This document shows, in pieces, positions 20,001-28,042 of a stretch of 64,000 bases of DNA. Origin of the DNA: Phycisphaerae bacterium (GTDB lineage: Bacteria > Planctomycetota > Phycisphaerae > SM23-33). The stretch lies in assembly GCA_041946855.1 (NCBI GenBank), contig JBHGBE010000006.1:16999-80998 (forward strand), written 5' to 3'. The notes under the pieces are model-generated. The model did not search any database, had not been told where the DNA came from, and was given only the letters and a program-made list of their open reading frames with translations. A program made the translations under genes and the position numbers. The stretch's first letter is position 1. Each line of letters starts with the position of its first letter.

Positions 20001-20239
20001 TCCCGCCCCGCGAAGTACTCGTCCAGGTGGCGCGACAGCGACTGACTCGTCGCCAGCGCGGGCAGCACGTCGACGAACCGGAAGAGTTGAACCTTGAACG
20101 GCTCGTGCCTCATGCACCATTCGATGAGCTTGCCCGACCAGGTCGAGCGATTGAAGGCGGATGGGCGCTCGTCGCCGATGCAATCGAAGAACTCCATGCC
20201 TCGCGAGATGATCCGCTCATCAAGTCTGTTCCTGTCCAT
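17093..20239 (-). CDS. putA: Bifunctional proline dehydrogenase / L-glutamate gamma-semialdehyde (P5C) dehydrogenase
   Basis: 1048 aa. The N-terminal half is a proline dehydrogenase TIM barrel. The C-terminal aldehyde dehydrogenase has catalytic FGYAGQKCSACSR and EMGGKN motifs. An ~80-aa low-complexity linker joins the two halves. Confidence 0.85.
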   Translation of the reverse strand: MDRNRLDERIISRGMEFFDCIGDERPSAFNRSTWSGKLIEWCMRHEPFKVQLFRFVDVLPALATSQSLSRHLDEYFAGREGVPEFLKVGLAGAGLLGGLGERVLGRTIRGQVEGMARQFIVGADAAETVAALTALRRDGFAFTLDVLGEATVSEDESERYVATYLALLDELAGAQKDWPALGGGAGDLDWGHAPRINVSVKPSALYSQASAMDFEGSAGRILERLRVIGRKVVAIGGFMCIDMEAYRLKDLTLEVYRRLREDGEFRDYPRLGVAVQAYLRDTDRDTDDLLAWARQRRLRISIRLVKGAYWDQEVVIARQNNWPVPVYTVKAQTDASFERNAEKLLRHSDICHLACGTHNVRTASAVMEMAREFGVPEDRYEFQVLHGMAEPFRKALLKLAGRVRLYCPHGAMLPGMAYLIRRLLENTSNESFLRQTFTQKADEGLRRRLLADPRTAVEEAQESREEIEVSRPKDASENSGMGVSPARSEGVSPAEIAAGTAARRAGQRPTPQPADAQRPRDTDDLPPFRNEPTADFTHAVVREAFTAALAAVRKQLGRTHRLFIGGKDVATDDLWDSVNPARPAEIVGRICQAGVKEVDAAIGAAHEAFRAWRDVRPRDRAEHLIRAAAVARKRIYELAAWQVFEVGKQWNQACADVCEAIDFLEYYARQMIRLGGPWLLGDSPGELNEYVYQPKGVAAVIAPWNFPLAISCGMCAAAIVAGNCVVYKPSEHSPVVGRLLCDILREAGLPPGVLNFIPGRREVIGDYLIDHPRIALVAFTGSMQVGLRIVERAARTGEGQTAVKRVIAEMGGKNAIIIDDDADLDEAVPAVIQSAFGYAGQKCSACSRAIVLGDVYERFVERLIPAARSLRVGPPENPANFLGPVISAAARDKVMRYVELARQEGAILYQTPPAYVPADGFYAPITVVGGISPQSRLAQEEIFGPVLAVMRVEDFDQAVELANSTPFALTGGVFSRSPSRIEKCRQEFQVGNLYINRAIVGAIVGRQPFGGLKLSGVGAKAGGPDYLLQFMDARTIAENTMRRGFASE

Positions 20240-20304
20240 GTCGCGTGATCGTCCGGGGCTATCCTCAGCGTTGGCCCCGTAACATTATAAGCAGACGGAA
20301 TTTG

Positions 20305-20332
20305 TTGACGGCCCGCACCGGCCCGCTATACT
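20305..20332 (+). promoter_or_regulatory. Sigma70-like promoter TTGACG-16-TATACT upstream of the ACT-domain gene
   Basis: Hexamers at 20305-20310 and 20327-20332 with a 16-bp spacer, ~30 nt before ATG 20361, in a locally AT-richer patch. Confidence 0.4.
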
Positions 20333-20360
20333 GATGGCACACATCACAGGGAGACATGTC

Positions 20361-20783
20361 ATGGCACTGAAGATCAGCAAGGCTGACACGTGGGTGGCTG
20401 GTATCAAGGACGAGCCGGGCGGGCTGGCCGGCAAGCTGGAGGTCCTCAAGGCCGGCGGCGCGAACCTGGAGTTCGTGGTCGCCCGGCGCTCGCCCGACAA
20501 ACCCGGGACCGGCGTGGTGTTCGTCACGCCGATCAGGGGCGCCAAGCAGGTCCGCGCCGCGAAGAAGGCCGGCTTCGCCAGGTCGAGCAGCCTCCATACC
20601 GTCCGCATTCAGGGCCCGGACAAGCGCGGCATGGGCGCATGCCTGACCGGCGCACTGGCCGAGGCGGGCATCAACCTCCGCGGCCTGTCAGCCGGCGTCG
20701 TCGGCAAGCAGTTCATCATGCACCTTGCCTTCGACACGGCCGGCGCGGCCGCCAAGGCCGTTCGCGTCCTGAAGGCGCTATAG
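20361..20783 (+). CDS. ACT domain-containing protein (tandem ACT)
   Basis: MALKISKADTWVAGIKDEPGGLAGKLEVL... and ...RIQGPDKRGMGACLTGALAEAGINL, two ACT-like ligand-binding folds. GGGAGA Shine-Dalgarno upstream. Confidence 0.65.
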   Translation: MALKISKADTWVAGIKDEPGGLAGKLEVLKAGGANLEFVVARRSPDKPGTGVVFVTPIRGAKQVRAAKKAGFARSSSLHTVRIQGPDKRGMGACLTGALAEAGINLRGLSAGVVGKQFIMHLAFDTAGAAAKAVRVLKAL

Positions 20784-20793
20784 GCGCTATGAG

Positions 20794-20821
20794 TTGAAAC
20801 CCGTCCCGGTTCGTGTACAAT
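20794..20821 (+). promoter_or_regulatory. Sigma70-like promoter TTGAAA-16-TACAAT upstream of gene 20883-23213
   Basis: Hexamers at 20794-20799 and 20816-20821 with a 16-bp spacer. A GCGCGGC...CCGCGCGC hairpin follows in the leader. Confidence 0.4.
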
Positions 20822-20882
20822 CCGCCCCTTTCCGATAGTTGGCGCGGCCCAAATGCCGCGCGCACGGATAGAGAGGCGGACC

Positions 20883-23213
20883 ATGGCGATCGGATTCTGG
20901 ACTGAAGGCGTCTCAAAGACCTCAATCGGGCGCTTCGGCGGATATCGCGACGACTGTATCCCCTATGATGACGGCTACCTGACCTGCGGGGCGACGGCCG
21001 TCGACGTGTTCCTTGAGCGCCGCGACGACCTCAAGGAGGACCTGGGCCACTACCTGCTGCCGCCCAACTTCCGCCAGAAGACCCGTTCGACCTGGACGCT
21101 CAAGCGGTACGACTTCCGCCTGGCCAGCGGCGTCTCCCATTCGACTGTCTTCCGTTCACTGCTGTTCCCCGGCTTCCTGCACCGCGTCAAGACCGGCCGG
21201 TTCGAGTACTACTGGCGGCTGCGGAACTACGGCGCGACGGACCTGGTCCTTCCCCTGGCGGACGGCCTCAAGCACGTCCGCGGGACGGCCGGCTACGACC
21301 GCCAGCGAGACGGCGACCTGACGCGCCCGTGGGTGCTGTTCTACTTCTCCAGGTCGGCCATGCCGTTCGACTACCCGATGCTCCTGGTCTTCGACAAGCA
21401 GCCGGAGAAGATAGAGGTGTGGACGCACGAGTACCTCAAGGTCCACTTCAAGGACAGGAAGGCGACGGTAGTTCAGGTTCACCCGTTCGGGGCCCAGCGC
21501 CTCGACAAGGAGGCGACCAAGGCGTGGGCGGCCGGCCTGCCGGAGGATGTCGCCGCCAAGATGGATTTCTGGGCGGCCGCCGCGATGAACTACCCCGTGG
21601 CGTGCAAAGAGACCTACCGCGTCGATGAGAAGCAGGGCGTTGTCCGCATCCGCGACGAGTACAGCTACGAGCGGTCGAAGTGCGCATGGCCCGTCAAGCC
21701 TGTCGAGCTTGCGCCTCTGCCGCCGATCCTTGCCAACGCGCGGCACTGCGGCTATCCGGTCAAGATGAGCGGCAAGCTTCTGGAAAAGCTCTGCCCGACG
21801 TTCATGGGCTGGTACGAGGCCGTGCCGGGCTCGACCATCGAGTACGAGCTTCCGCTGTCGCGGTTCCGCAACCACGTGCTGGCGCCGATGATGGTCAAGA
21901 ACGACCCGACGGCCGACGAGGTGACCGCTAAGCTCACCGAATACCTGGAAAGCGGTGATTACCGCACGTTCGGCGGCGACGACCATTACGACCCCAGCAC
22001 CTCGCTCGACTCGCTGCACGACCTGCGAATCATGGCCTGGGCGCTCTGGTCAATCGATCCCGAGAAGCGCGCCAAGGTGCTGGAGTTGCTCACACGCGGC
22101 CTGGGCAACTTCGACTTCAAGGAGTTCCTCCGCTACAGGACGCCCGTCACCGGCACGCCGTGGGCCAGGCACAAGACGATCTTTGATTACCTGGGCGAGA
22201 TCGACTACGACATGGAGTGGTACAACGGCATGAACCTGGCCGGCCTGTGGGCGTGGGCGTATTTCGGCCAGGACCCCAAGGCCGATGAGTTCCTTCGCCG
22301 GCACTGGACGCTGGCCCAGGAGATCAACGCGTACTCGCTGGCCTACACCGACTGGGCGCAGCAGACCGCGTGGACATGCTGCCGCGGCGAGGCGACCTGG
22401 CTGGACGGCATCAACTACGCATACGAGGGGATGCTCGGCTACGCGGCCATGGCCCGCCGGCTGGGCAAGCGAAAGGATGCGCAGCTCGGCGACTATCTGG
22501 CGGCAAAGTGCGAGGCGTTCATCCACAACTGCTGGATGGGCAGCTCGTACGCGCAGGAGTTCTTCGCGTACGAAGGCGCGAAGCCCGGCTGCATGGGCGG
22601 GTTTTACGAGGGCCGCGGGCCGCGTTACGGCGAGGCCTCCGGCTGGCCGTGCGGCACGTACTCGTACTTCGTCCGCGAGGTCTTCATGCTCCTGAGCGAC
22701 CTGGGCTTGCAGGACGCGCTCCGGCAGGAGCTCGACAACTTCACGCGCAACTTCCCCAACTGGCGGACCGACCCGTACAGCTACGGCAAGGCCACGAACT
22801 ATCCGGGCAGCGATTACAGGCGGACCGTGCATCACTACTCGCTGGATCCGCGCCTGGCGGTCTGCGCGTTGGTCCTTGGCGAGGATGCGTCGAGTCTGCT
22901 CAAGCTCCAAGGCGCGCCGCTGACGGGGCCGGTGCTGGAGACGATGCTCGTGGCGATGGCCCCGCGCGTCCTCGTGCCGCGCGATGTGACGTTCCAGGGC
23001 TGCGTCTGGGACGCCGCCGCAAGGAAGCTTACCGTCACGCTGGCCGGCAAGGGCAGAACCACCATCGGGCTGGCCCACAGCGATGCGCCCTGCGCCGTGA
23101 GGGCAGACAAGCTGCTGACGACGGGCCAATCCCCCGGCCGGATGTGGTTCACGATCAAGCTGGCGGGAAGAACGGAGATTGTCTTTGAGTTCGGCTCCGG
23201 GCCTTCAACTTGA
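20883..23213 (+). CDS. Large cytoplasmic hypothetical protein (777 aa), possibly carbohydrate-active
   Basis: Start MAIGFWTEG with GAGAGG upstream and no signal peptide. Trp/Tyr-rich C-terminal half; no confident family assignment. Confidence 0.55.
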   Translation: MAIGFWTEGVSKTSIGRFGGYRDDCIPYDDGYLTCGATAVDVFLERRDDLKEDLGHYLLPPNFRQKTRSTWTLKRYDFRLASGVSHSTVFRSLLFPGFLHRVKTGRFEYYWRLRNYGATDLVLPLADGLKHVRGTAGYDRQRDGDLTRPWVLFYFSRSAMPFDYPMLLVFDKQPEKIEVWTHEYLKVHFKDRKATVVQVHPFGAQRLDKEATKAWAAGLPEDVAAKMDFWAAAAMNYPVACKETYRVDEKQGVVRIRDEYSYERSKCAWPVKPVELAPLPPILANARHCGYPVKMSGKLLEKLCPTFMGWYEAVPGSTIEYELPLSRFRNHVLAPMMVKNDPTADEVTAKLTEYLESGDYRTFGGDDHYDPSTSLDSLHDLRIMAWALWSIDPEKRAKVLELLTRGLGNFDFKEFLRYRTPVTGTPWARHKTIFDYLGEIDYDMEWYNGMNLAGLWAWAYFGQDPKADEFLRRHWTLAQEINAYSLAYTDWAQQTAWTCCRGEATWLDGINYAYEGMLGYAAMARRLGKRKDAQLGDYLAAKCEAFIHNCWMGSSYAQEFFAYEGAKPGCMGGFYEGRGPRYGEASGWPCGTYSYFVREVFMLLSDLGLQDALRQELDNFTRNFPNWRTDPYSYGKATNYPGSDYRRTVHHYSLDPRLAVCALVLGEDASSLLKLQGAPLTGPVLETMLVAMAPRVLVPRDVTFQGCVWDAAARKLTVTLAGKGRTTIGLAHSDAPCAVRADKLLTTGQSPGRMWFTIKLAGRTEIVFEFGSGPST

Positions 23214-23217
23214 GAAT

Positions 23218-23277
23218 CGAACATTGAGTGTTGATTATTGAATATTCAATATTCAATCAGCAATGCTCAATGTTCAA
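23218..23277. repeat. AT-rich heptad/palindromic element (family 2, copy D): TTGAATATTCAATATTCAAT...CAATGCTCAATGTTCAAG
   Basis: Lies between convergent stops at 23213 and 23320. Contains the perfect palindrome TTGAATATTCAA and a CAATGYT tandem heptamer. It is related to the element at 35688-35798. Confidence 0.45.
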
Positions 23278-23319
23278 GTTTCAGATTGCCTATGATGGCC
23301 CGATTGACTGTTCACGCGG

Positions 23320-24480
23320 TCATTTCGCTGAGAACTTGTAGATCGTCGTCGACCAGAATGTCTTCCCCGGCCGTAGCACCGTCGTTGGGAAGTTGGGGCG
23401 GTTTGGCGAGTCGGGGAAGTGCTGCGTCTCCAGGCAGAAGCCGTTTCGCCTGGCGTAGACGTGGCCGGCCTTGCCCTTGACCCCCGCAAGGAAGTTGCCC
23501 GAGTAGAACTGGATTCCCGGCTCCGTGGTGATGACCTCCATGATCCTTCCGGACTTGGGCTCGCACACGCGTGCGGCCAGGGACGGCGTCGGGTCGTCGG
23601 CGGGCCCGGCCGCGCCGCCGGGCTTGTTCAGCACGAAGTTGTGGTCGTAGCCCTTTCCGAAGCCCAACTGCTGGTCCGGCTGGTCGATCCGCTCGCCTAC
23701 CTTGTGCGGCGCGGTGAAGTCCAGCGGCGTGCCCTTGACGGGCTTGATCTCGCCCGTGGGGATCAGGTCGCCGTCGATGGGCGTGAAGTTGTCCGCGTTG
23801 ATCGTCAGCTCGTGGCCCAGGATGTCGCCCGATCCCTCGCCGGCCAGGTTGAAGTAGGCGTGGTTGGTCAGGTTGAGGACGGTGGGCTTGTCGGCCGTGG
23901 CGATGTAGCCGATCACCAGTTCGTTGGCGTCAGTCAGCGTGTAGAGCACCGTGACGGAAAGCGCGCCGGGGAAGCCCTCGTCGCCGTCGGGGCTGGTGTG
24001 CTTGAGCTCCAGCGACGGCCGGCCCCCGGCCTGGATGATGCACGCCGACCACACGGCCTTGTCGAAGCCCACCTTGCCCCCGTGCAAGACGTTCTCGCCC
24101 TTGGAGCCGGCCAAAACGCACTGCTTGCCGTCGAGCGTGAAACGCCCCTTTGCGATGCGGTTGGCGTACCGCCCGCAGATCGCGCCGAAGTAGGGGCTTT
24201 TCGTCGGGTAGTCCTCGAACCTGTCGAACCCCAGCACGATGTCGGCAAGCTTGCCATCGCGGTCAGGGGCCAGCAGCGAGACTATCGTGCCGCCGAAGTT
24301 GGTGATGGTGACCTTCATGCCGCCGGTGTTGGTCAGCGTGTAGAGGTCCACGGCCGTGCCATCCGCCGTCTTCCCGAACGGGGCCTTGGTGATTTCCATG
24401 GTCATTCTCTCCGCGGCGCATCCGGCCGTGAGCATCGCGATAATGCCCGCGACGGTTGATGTCGCCTGATGTGGTGTCAT
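23320..24480 (-). CDS. galM: Aldose 1-epimerase (galactose mutarotase), probable lipoprotein
   Basis: Catalytic-region motifs NHAYFNL and HGG...FDK. N-terminal lipobox-like AMLTAGCAA. Confidence 0.8.
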   Translation of the reverse strand: MTPHQATSTVAGIIAMLTAGCAAERMTMEITKAPFGKTADGTAVDLYTLTNTGGMKVTITNFGGTIVSLLAPDRDGKLADIVLGFDRFEDYPTKSPYFGAICGRYANRIAKGRFTLDGKQCVLAGSKGENVLHGGKVGFDKAVWSACIIQAGGRPSLELKHTSPDGDEGFPGALSVTVLYTLTDANELVIGYIATADKPTVLNLTNHAYFNLAGEGSGDILGHELTINADNFTPIDGDLIPTGEIKPVKGTPLDFTAPHKVGERIDQPDQQLGFGKGYDHNFVLNKPGGAAGPADDPTPSLAARVCEPKSGRIMEVITTEPGIQFYSGNFLAGVKGKAGHVYARRNGFCLETQHFPDSPNRPNFPTTVLRPGKTFWSTTIYKFSAK

Positions 24481-24551
24481 GCGGACACATACGATACAAT
24501 CTCGCGGCCATCGGGCCAAGGGCCTGCGGCAGTTATTGAAAGGAATCGTAT

Positions 24552-25373
24552 ATGGCGAGGACGAAACCGCGGATACTGGTGATCGGCGCCCACCCCGACG
24601 ACTGCGACCTCAGGGCCGGTGGGACGGCCGCCAAATGGGTCAAGGCCGGCTGCGTCGTGCGTTTCGTCGCCGCGACCAACGGGCAGAGCGGCCATCACGC
24701 CGATCCGCTGTCGACCGTCGTGCAGCGGAGGGCGGCCGAGGCGGCGGCGGCCGCGAAGGTCATCGGCGTCGAAAGCCAGGTGCTGCCCATCCCCTGCGGC
24801 CAGATGGAGCCCAACCTGTTCAATCGGTGGATGTTCATCCGCCTCATCCGCCAGTTCGCCCCGGACCTGATCCTGACGCACCGGCCCAACGACTACCACC
24901 CCGACCACCGCTACACGTCTCAGCTCGTGCAGGACTCGTCGTACCTGGTCCGCGTGCCGTATAACGCGCCGGAAGTGCCGGCCCTGCGGTACAGCCCCGT
25001 CATCGCGTATACGAGCGACAACTTCCGCAAGCCCTGCCCGTTCGAGGCCGACGTGGTCATCGACATCGACGACACCATCCGCGCCAAGATGGCGATGTTC
25101 CACCGCCACACCAGCCAGGCCTACGAGTGGGTACCGTGGATCGAGGGGTATCTCGACGAGGTGCCCAAGACGGAAAAGGCCCGGAAACAGTGGCTCTTCG
25201 ACAAGTGGGCGCCGCAGTCGGCGCACGTCGCCGAGCGGTTCCGCGACAAGCTCGTGGCCCGCTACGGCCCCAAGCGCGGCAAGGCCGTCAAGTACGCCGA
25301 GGCGTTCGAGGGCTGCGAGTACGGCGCGAGACTCGACGCCAAGGCAATCGATAGGTTCTTCGGGGGGTTGTGA
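24552..25373 (+). CDS. PIG-L/LmbE family deacetylase
   Basis: ILVIGAHPDDCDLRAGGTAAKW and ...HPDHRYTS motifs; AAGGAA Shine-Dalgarno upstream. Confidence 0.8.
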   Translation: MARTKPRILVIGAHPDDCDLRAGGTAAKWVKAGCVVRFVAATNGQSGHHADPLSTVVQRRAAEAAAAAKVIGVESQVLPIPCGQMEPNLFNRWMFIRLIRQFAPDLILTHRPNDYHPDHRYTSQLVQDSSYLVRVPYNAPEVPALRYSPVIAYTSDNFRKPCPFEADVVIDIDDTIRAKMAMFHRHTSQAYEWVPWIEGYLDEVPKTEKARKQWLFDKWAPQSAHVAERFRDKLVARYGPKRGKAVKYAEAFEGCEYGARLDAKAIDRFFGGL

Positions 25374-25387
25374 GTCACGGTGTCCTG

Positions 25388-25401
25388 AACGGATATCCGT
25401 T
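25388..25401. terminator. 14-bp perfect palindrome AACGGATATCCGTT between convergent stops (possible bidirectional terminator)
   Basis: Seen in sequence 9 nt after the feoA stop and 15 nt after the PIG-L stop. Confidence 0.3.
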
Positions 25402-25409
25402 GTGCGATT

Positions 25410-25715
25410 TCACTTGTGCTGCCAGTGGACGACGATCTTGGCGGCCAACTCCCTGTCAACGGTGAACTGGCTGTAGCCCACCTGGAAGACATAGGATGGG
25501 AACCGCCGAATCAGGCGGATATGTACGCCGGGGAGGATGCCGATGGCCATGAGCTTCTGTATCTCTCGGTGGTCGCTGGTGCTGAGGTAGGCGATGCTGC
25601 CCTCCGCGCCCAAGGGGGCGTCGGAGAGCGGACGGGCCTCCTCTATTGCGTCCTGGCCGGCTCGGCGGCAGCACTCGCCGGGCGGAACCGGCTTGTCAAC
25701 ACGTGGATTTGTCAT
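25410..25715 (-). CDS. feoA: FeoA family ferrous iron transport protein
   Basis: SH3-like FeoA domain ...LSTSDHREIQKLMAIGILPGVHIRLIRRFPSYVFQVGYSQFTVDRELAAKIVV. Confidence 0.65.
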   Translation of the reverse strand: MTNPRVDKPVPPGECCRRAGQDAIEEARPLSDAPLGAEGSIAYLSTSDHREIQKLMAIGILPGVHIRLIRRFPSYVFQVGYSQFTVDRELAAKIVVHWQHK

Positions 25716-25887
25716 GCCGACGCTGTCTCCATCTCCGGATCAGGCGGACAAGGCGCGTCTCACGCGGCGACTCATAGCCGCATCGCGGGCACTTGGCCTT
25801 GCGGCACCCGCCGAACACCGCGCATGCCGAGCACGCCCTGACGGCCGCCTCTTCGTCGAACTCATTTCCGCAGAAAGGGCATCTCAT
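25696..25887 (-). CDS. Small zinc-ribbon protein (63 aa), translationally coupled to feoB
   Basis: MRCPFCGNEF...CSACAVFGGCRKAKCPRCGYES: two CxxC pairs followed by an Arg-rich tail. Its ATG overlaps the feoB TGA (ATGA), and its 3' end overlaps the feoA start by 20 nt. Confidence 0.45.
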   Translation of the reverse strand: MRCPFCGNEFDEEAAVRACSACAVFGGCRKAKCPRCGYESPRETRLVRLIRRWRQRRHDKSTC

Positions 25888-27992
25888 AGGTGTATTCCCA
25901 GATTGCCCAGGGCGTCGAGCGCCAGGTTCAGCACGAACCCGACGCCGAATGCGAACACCGCGATGAACGCGGAGACCAGCAGCGTCATCCTCAGGCCGCG
26001 CTCCTTCCTCATCACCAGGAACTGCGCGATGCACGGTAGGAACAGCGTCAACGTGACGGCCGCCACTACGAGCTGGTTGCCCATCAGGAGGTCCTTCGTG
26101 TGCAGGTCGTACAGGCCGGCGATGCCGTAGTCGCGCCTGAAGAAGCCGAACAGGAACGCCTGTGCGGCCTGGCCGGGCAGGCCCAGCGCCTTGACTATCG
26201 GCGTCAGGCCGTTGATGACGATCTGGAACACGCCGCCCTCCGGCAGCAGGCCCCACCAGTCCAGCCGGCAGACCCAGATGATCGCGCTGGCGATGATGAA
26301 CAGCGGCAGCACCTCCTTGAAATACCAGACCATCCTCGTGTAGGTCTTGACCAGCACGTTTCCCACGCGCGGCAGGCGGAGAGGCGGAAGCTCCATGTAG
26401 AATGCCGGGCGCTCGCCAGGCATGAACTTCGCCGCCAAGAGCCCTGCCGCCAGGAACACGGCGGCTATCACGCCGGCCCAGACCGCCATCGCGGCCGGGT
26501 GGCCCTCCAGCAAGCCCAGTATCACGCCGATCTGCGCCGAGCACGGGACCGCCAGCGCCAGCAGGAACGTCGCGATGACCCGCTCGCGGCGTGTCTCGAG
26601 CGTCCGCGTGACCATCGTGGCCATGGTGTCGCAACCGAAGCCCAGCACCATCGGGATGACCGCACGGCCGTTGAGGCCGATCCGCTTGAACACGCGGTCA
26701 ACGAGCATCGCCAGCCGCGGCAGGTAGCCGCTGTCCTCCAGTATCGAGAACGCCAGGAAGAACGTGCCGACGATTGGGAAGACAATGGCGATGGCGTAGC
26801 GCAGGCCCAGCGTGATGATGCCGTAGTCGCCGCCGAAGAGGTCCCGCAGGATCGGCCAGGGGATGGTCGCGGCGGCCGTGCGGTCGATCCAGCCGCTGAC
26901 GTAGTCCTTGAACAGGCCCTCCAGTCCGTTGACCATCACGCCCGCGCCCAGGCCGCCGACGAACTTGTACAGCCCCAGGTAGAGCACCGCAAACAGTAGC
27001 GGCAGGCCCGTCCACGGGCTCATGCACAGCTCGCTCAGACGGTCGCGGAGCGTGTGCGAGCGGCGTGGGGGCAGCACGGCCGTGTCCTTCAGTATGCGGT
27101 CCACGCGGCCCTTGACGGCCATCGCCGTGTGATAGTGCGGCGTGTGGCGGAGGGCCATCGTCACGTCCCAGACGAGGCCCGACACGGCCGCCGCGTGGTC
27201 GTCGCCCGCCTCCTCGCGGAGCAACTGGCGCATCTCGTGATCGCCGTGGATGAGCAGGATCGCCCGCGTCCGCCGGCCGATCCCGTCGCCGTCGCCGACG
27301 TGCGGCTGGATCGCGGCGATGGCCTTTTCGATTACCGGGCCGTAATCGACCTTGAAGGAATTGCGGAATGCGGAATGCGGATTGCGGATTCCAGGAGGCG
27401 CAGACTGACTCCCAGGCAATCCGCATTCCGCATTCCGCATTCCGCAATCAGACCTGATTCTTCCGGCAAGTTCCGCCAATCCCTTGCCCGACGTGGCCAC
27501 GGTCGGCACGACTGGTATTCCGAGGGCCTTTTCCAGCGCGGCGCAGTCGATGCGGATGCCGGCCTCCTGGGCCTCGTCCCACATGTTCAGGGCCAGCACC
27601 ACTGGCAGGCCGGCCTCGACCAACTGAAGCGTCAAGCCCAGCATCCGCTCGATGCTCTTTGCGTCGATGACGTGTACGACGGCCGCGGGCGTCCGCCGCA
27701 GCAGGATCGACCGCGCCACTCGCTCCTCATCCGTGATCGGCAGCAGCGAGTACATGCCGGGCGTGTCGATGACCTCGGCGTCCAGCAGCCTGGAGCGGCC
27801 GCGTGATACCTCGACGGTCGTGCCGGGGTAATTGGATACCGTGACGTACCGGCCGGTAAGCCGGTTGAATAGCGCGCTCTTGCCGACGTTCGGGTTGCCG
27901 ACGATGAAGATGGCGCCCGCGCCAGCCTCGCTTGGAGGCCGGTGGGAATCGCCCGCGCCTTCCTTTTCAACAACCGCACCGATACGGCCCAT
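25884..27992 (-). CDS. feoB: Ferrous iron transporter FeoB
   Basis: G-domain motifs GNPNVGKSALFN, DTPG, NMWD, then a polytopic membrane domain. Start at MGRIGAVV with GGAG upstream. Confidence 0.85.
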   Translation of the reverse strand: MGRIGAVVEKEGAGDSHRPPSEAGAGAIFIVGNPNVGKSALFNRLTGRYVTVSNYPGTTVEVSRGRSRLLDAEVIDTPGMYSLLPITDEERVARSILLRRTPAAVVHVIDAKSIERMLGLTLQLVEAGLPVVLALNMWDEAQEAGIRIDCAALEKALGIPVVPTVATSGKGLAELAGRIRSDCGMRNAECGLPGSQSAPPGIRNPHSAFRNSFKVDYGPVIEKAIAAIQPHVGDGDGIGRRTRAILLIHGDHEMRQLLREEAGDDHAAAVSGLVWDVTMALRHTPHYHTAMAVKGRVDRILKDTAVLPPRRSHTLRDRLSELCMSPWTGLPLLFAVLYLGLYKFVGGLGAGVMVNGLEGLFKDYVSGWIDRTAAATIPWPILRDLFGGDYGIITLGLRYAIAIVFPIVGTFFLAFSILEDSGYLPRLAMLVDRVFKRIGLNGRAVIPMVLGFGCDTMATMVTRTLETRRERVIATFLLALAVPCSAQIGVILGLLEGHPAAMAVWAGVIAAVFLAAGLLAAKFMPGERPAFYMELPPLRLPRVGNVLVKTYTRMVWYFKEVLPLFIIASAIIWVCRLDWWGLLPEGGVFQIVINGLTPIVKALGLPGQAAQAFLFGFFRRDYGIAGLYDLHTKDLLMGNQLVVAAVTLTLFLPCIAQFLVMRKERGLRMTLLVSAFIAVFAFGVGFVLNLALDALGNLGIHL
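27356..27449. repeat. In-frame palindromic heptamer element inside feoB (GCGGAAT/GCGGATT arrays as 33-bp inverted arms)
   Basis: Left arm AATTGCGGAATGCGGAATGCGGATTGCGGATTCC is separated by a 22-nt spacer from right arm GGCAATCCGCATTCCGCATTCCGCATTCCGCAATC. It falls between the FeoB G-domain and helical domain. The repeat tracts encode DCGMRNAECG and PGIRNPHSAFRNS within the linker ...RSDCGMRNAECGLPGSQSAPPGIRNPHSAFRNS.... Confidence 0.6.
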
Positions 27993-28042
27993 CTTCGCAC
28001 TAACTCCGCAAGGCCCGCTCGTTTCCGCCGCGAGCCCTGAAC

